Source: Candidatus Moanibacter sp. (GTDB lineage: Bacteria > Verrucomicrobiota > Verrucomicrobiia > Opitutales > UBA2987). Taken from it: a stretch of DNA of 64,000 nucleotides. The notes beneath the pieces are model-generated. The model made no database searches. It was given only the letters and a program-made list of their open reading frames with translations, and had not been told where the DNA came from. Of this stretch, positions 61,303 through 64,000 are shown in pieces; position 1 is the first letter of the stretch, and each line of letters begins with the position of its first letter. The stretch lies in assembly GCA_965215885.1 (NCBI GenBank), contig CBDCEW010000080.1, positions 1 to 64,000 of the forward strand. Reading direction: 5' to 3'. Position numbers and translations under genes: made by a program.

Positions 61303-61524
61303 TCAGTCCGCGATTCTCTTATAAAACTCGGTTTCTCCTACTCCCGACTCTGGATGCTTTCGCCAGGCCTGATACCGTTCCTCGGCCAACTTCAGCCAAC
61401 CTTCATCGATTTCATCTAATTCCTGATTATTAACACTTTGAAGAAGGTGAGTGGCCAATAATTCCCGATCCTCAGCGGATAGCCGAAGAGCCTTTTCCTC
61501 TATTTCCTCTAATTCTTGAGACAT
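61303..61524 (-). CDS. Putative addiction module component (TIGR02574-like)
   Basis: ALRLSAEDRELLA..LLQS...IDEGWLKLAEERY. Confidence 0.8.
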   Translation of the reverse strand: MSQELEEIEEKALRLSAEDRELLATHLLQSVNNQELDEIDEGWLKLAEERYQAWRKHPESGVGETEFYKRIAD

Positions 61525-61568
61525 GATTAAAGCTTGGGGCACGTCACCTTTTGAGTCAATGTTGGTTT

Positions 61569-61875
61569 AACTTGGTAATTCCCCGTCCCGGCTTGCCGGG
61601 ACGGGGTCGCTGACTTGACTCTATTGTCATCGTTCGCTGAGCCCCCGATCCACCAGTAGCAAGGATGTTAGTGGTGGAACCCGTCTTCGTTGCGCGAGCG
61701 CAACTACGCCGAGGCGGGCGGCCCCCATGCCACGCCGTAGCAATTCGCAGCGGGAAATGGACCGCTGCGTAGGCGGGTCCGGGAACGTTTGTTTCAACTT
61801 CGTAATGAGCAAAGGCAGTTACGGACTTATTGGCGAAAGAGTTAGATACCCCGCAGCTTGCTGCGGGGAGTGTTC
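61569..61875. mobile_element. Hairpin-ended non-coding element, copy 3
   Basis: AACTTGGTAATTCCCC start and GATACCCCGCAGCTTGCTGCGGGG end shared with the 14349 copy. Confidence 0.65.
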
Positions 61876-61995
61876 GTTAAACACACCTTTTCCCACGTAT
61901 CCGGAGAAATCGACATCGCCTTCCAACCCGTCTGAGAATCGCAGCCGAGCGATGTAATTTTCCTTGATTTTGACACTTTCCAGCGAAGATTTCAT
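61876..61995 (-). pseudogene. DUF2442-like protein, truncated by the adjacent element
   Basis: Manual translation MKSSLESVKIKENYIARLRFSDGLEGDVDFSGYVGKGVF. Confidence 0.7.
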
Positions 61996-62040
61996 TTTCT
62001 CAGCCTAAGACCTATACGTTATTTATCCAATATATTCTTC

Positions 62041-62102
62041 GTCCAACGCTAGCCTCACACAAGAGGCCGCAAGGCCGAATTGTGTGTAGGCAATGGTTCG
62101 AG
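62041..62102 (-). other. attC-like integron recombination site (62 bp)
   Basis: On the minus strand: CTCGAAC...GCCTACACACAA..GGCC-TTGC-GGCC..TTGTGTGAGGC...GTTGGAC, an imperfect hairpin 12 nt after the higA stop. Confidence 0.75.
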
Positions 62103-62114
62103 ATTCTCGCTGAT

Positions 62115-62417
62115 TCAGGTAACAGCGATCTGCTTGACTTCCCTCTTGATCCGGGCTGCCGCCTCGTCTTCTGCCAAGTCCAGATCGTAATCCATCTGAA
62201 GACCAAGCCAGAACTGAGCCGAGTTACCGTAATAGCGGGATAAACGCAATGCCGTGTCCGCCGTGATCCTGCGTTTGCCCTGAATGATTTCATTGATGCG
62301 ACGTGGCGAGACCCTTAGGTTGCGGCCCAGTTGGTTCTGGCTCATGCCCATCGGGTTCAGAAACTCCTCCAAGAGCACTTCACCAGGATGCAGGGGCGGT
62401 ATATGCTTTTTCCTCAT
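62115..62417 (-). CDS. higA: HigA family antitoxin
   Basis: HPGEVLLEEFL, RINEI..GKRRITADTALRL, FWLGLQ. Confidence 0.96.
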   Translation of the reverse strand: MRKKHIPPLHPGEVLLEEFLNPMGMSQNQLGRNLRVSPRRINEIIQGKRRITADTALRLSRYYGNSAQFWLGLQMDYDLDLAEDEAAARIKREVKQIAVT

Positions 62418-62426
62418 TCTTTCACC

Positions 62427-62708
62427 TCAGTGGTAGTCCGCGATTTCAACGTTTTGCGCGTGATTATCGAACCATTCGAAACAGATGCGCCAGCGGTCAT
62501 TGATACGAATGCTGTGTTGTCCTTTCCGATCGCCGGAAGGCCGCTCCAGACGATTCGCGGGTGGAATACGAAGATCCTGCAAGTTCGCACTTCGATTGAG
62601 CATCCGTAGCTTCCTGAACGCCGCCTTCTGAATATCTTGTGGAAGTTTCCTGGAGTACTGGCGATTGAATAGCTTCTCCGCTTCTTTATCCCGGAAACTT
62701 TGAATCAT
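62427..62708 (-). CDS. higB: HigB (RelE/ParE superfamily) toxin
   Basis: MIQSFRDK, DLRIPPANRLE, HSIRINDRWRICF, DYH end. Confidence 0.96.
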   Translation of the reverse strand: MIQSFRDKEAEKLFNRQYSRKLPQDIQKAAFRKLRMLNRSANLQDLRIPPANRLERPSGDRKGQHSIRINDRWRICFEWFDNHAQNVEIADYH

Positions 62709-62713
62709 GCCAG

Positions 62714-62742
62714 GATTTATAACGCATAGCGTTATATGTAAA
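62714..62742 (-). promoter_or_regulatory. higBA promoter/operator
   Basis: TTTACA -35-like box followed by the palindrome TATAACGC-N3-GCGTTATA (62718-62736) just upstream of the ATG. Confidence 0.7.
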
Positions 62743-62763
62743 GAACAATTCGCTCGTTCTTAT

Positions 62764-62818
62764 CTCGAACGTTTGAGGACAGGTGCGCGATTTATCGCGT
62801 AACCTGGTCCGATCTGTT
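62764..62818 (-). other. attC-like site interrupted by a group II intron
   Basis: Rejoining 62818 to 63106 gives, on the minus strand, GCAGAAC...GGACCAGGTTACGCGA-TAAA-TCGCGCACCTGTCC...GTTCGAG, 59 bp long. Confidence 0.72.
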
Positions 62819-63105
62819 ATGCGCCGGGCAGATCCGACTGCTCGATGGTAATGTTAACGTCAGAAAGGAAATGACACATGAAGTAAACAAAGTCCAGACC
62901 CAGCCCGATGGAGGCGAAGGGTAGCCGATGGCAAGAGTATCGCAGCGATGAGGGCTCGGAGGAAGCCGGAGGCAAAGACGCGTGCTGACGGTTTGGAAGC
63001 AGTGGAAGAACCGCCACTTACGGCATGCCACGGCGAAGCCCTTTAGGGCGAAGACGGGACCCGTACGAGTGGTGGTGTGGGAGGGGGGGGCGTCCCTATC
63101 CCGAT
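62819..63105 (+). ncRNA. ORF-less, internally deleted group IIC intron remnant
   Basis: 5' end ATGCGCCGGGCA; DI-like GAGGCGAAGGGTAGC...GAGGAAGCCGGAGGCAAA; WKQWK maturase scrap; DV AACCGCC...CCGTACG..GGTGGTGTGGGAGG; 3' end CCCTATCCCGAT. Confidence 0.8.
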
Positions 63106-63287
63106 CTGCAGGTTTGTTGTTCCGGTTCATCTTGAATTCCATCGATATTGTCCTTCCGTCCAATAGAGAGCGGCCTGCCTCACTAGCCGCAGCGTCACGA
63201 TGCAAATCAGCTGACAGCTCGTATCGCGCACTCATTTCATGGGATACCAAGTCGACAAATTCGTTCCGATTTGTCTGCGTGTCTGTA

Positions 63288-64000
63288 TCATGCTTCGCCC
63301 CCCCCTCGGGCGCTGTGCCGTGAGTCGACATGACCGCTTCCCGGACGGTGGATCGGACCGCGGTTCTTCACCATCCTGACGAACCAGGCGATGGCAATAG
63401 CCGCCGACAGGTGTTTCAGGGTATGTCCGCTTACGATCCCTCCGGTTCCGGCGAAAATAGCCTCGTCTTTGGACTCAAGTTGCTTGGCAAGAATGTAGAA
63501 GACGATAACGAGCAGCAGGTTGATCGATCCTGTATAGCGGGCTGGAAACAGGACCATCATCGCCGCAACGGCAAAGATTGGGTACGACTGAACAAAGGCG
63601 TAAGGTCTGAGATCCCCTCTCCCCTGAGATTCTGTCCAGGACCAGTAAAAAACGGTAGCCGCACCAATGATCAAAGCAGGCATCAAGGCCAGCAATCCAA
63701 CCTTGATGCTGATCCGCTCCATGATCACCGAGATGAAGAAGGCGACAAATCCAATCGTCATGGGCAAGCGGTCCCAAACCAATGTTCCATTATTTGGAGA
63801 GAGATGATAGTAGGCCGACCCGACACTCACCAGGGTCGTCCCTGCGAAAAACACGAGATAGGGAATCTTCTCCAATGGATCCAGAAACCGCCTTTCCTGC
63901 CCCTCTTTATTCAGGACGATCACGAGGCCCCAGATTCCAACGATGAGAAAGGCCAAGTTCGAGAGGACATCCAATCCGTTGGTGATCGCGAGGATCCGCC
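63288..64000 (-). CDS. Ceramidase-domain (alkaline phytoceramidase-like) membrane protein, starts beyond the window end
   Basis: SNLAF, GSAYYH, WDRLPM, GDLRPY, SGHTLKH; the frame is open to the window edge. Confidence 0.88.
   Translation of the reverse strand, partial: RILAITNGLDVLSNLAFLIVGIWGLVIVLNKEGQERRFLDPLEKIPYLVFFAGTTLVSVGSAYYHLSPNNGTLVWDRLPMTIGFVAFFISVIMERISIKVGLLALMPALIIGAATVFYWSWTESQGRGDLRPYAFVQSYPIFAVAAMMVLFPARYTGSINLLLVIVFYILAKQLESKDEAIFAGTGGIVSGHTLKHLSAAIAIAWFVRMVKNRGPIHRPGSGHVDSRHSARGGGEA

Noticed and set aside
62792..63331. 179-aa ORF as a real gene
   Set aside because: It runs antisense through the intron remnant and overlaps the ceramidase-like gene; at most its 5' part is a cassette-gene scrap.

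Overview
Accessory, mosaic region of a probably Verrucomicrobiota (Opitutia-like) bacterium; the host call is inferred from the style of the TonB-dependent receptor and solute-binding proteins. Coding content is dominated by paralogous catabolic enzymes: 2 sialidase-like proteins, 4 sulfatases plus a fragment, 5 Gfo/Idh/MocA oxidoreductases, 2 Ldh2-family dehydrogenases, 3 PhyH-family dioxygenases, 2 UxuA-like dehydratases, an SDR, a Zn-ADH, an amidohydrolase, a class III aminotransferase and a GGT. There is also a sulfite reductase/siroheme operon, crcB-DUF190, and several intact or broken toxin-antitoxin modules. Mobile DNA is abundant. An ISAs1 element with an N-terminal DUF4338/DruA-like domain sits in a dehydratase gene (10-bp TSD). 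An IS4-family element has a 741-aa DDE transposon nested in its right end (5-bp TSD). There is an IS66 without TSD and several MITE families. The most unusual signals are non-coding. (1) A 15-bp palindrome TCCCGCTNAGCGGGA occurs empty five times and is also the insertion site of the IS4 element and of a 573-bp hairpin-rich non-autonomous relative. (2) Palindromic 102-bp tandem arrays occur at two loci. (3) A family of about 180-bp four-way-junction elements conserves structure while diverging in sequence. (4) At the right end, a higBA integron-type cassette is bounded by two attC-like sites, one interrupted by a 287-nt ORF-less group IIC intron. No rRNA, tRNA, CRISPR-cas or integron integrase was seen. 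All calls were made by eye, without database searches.
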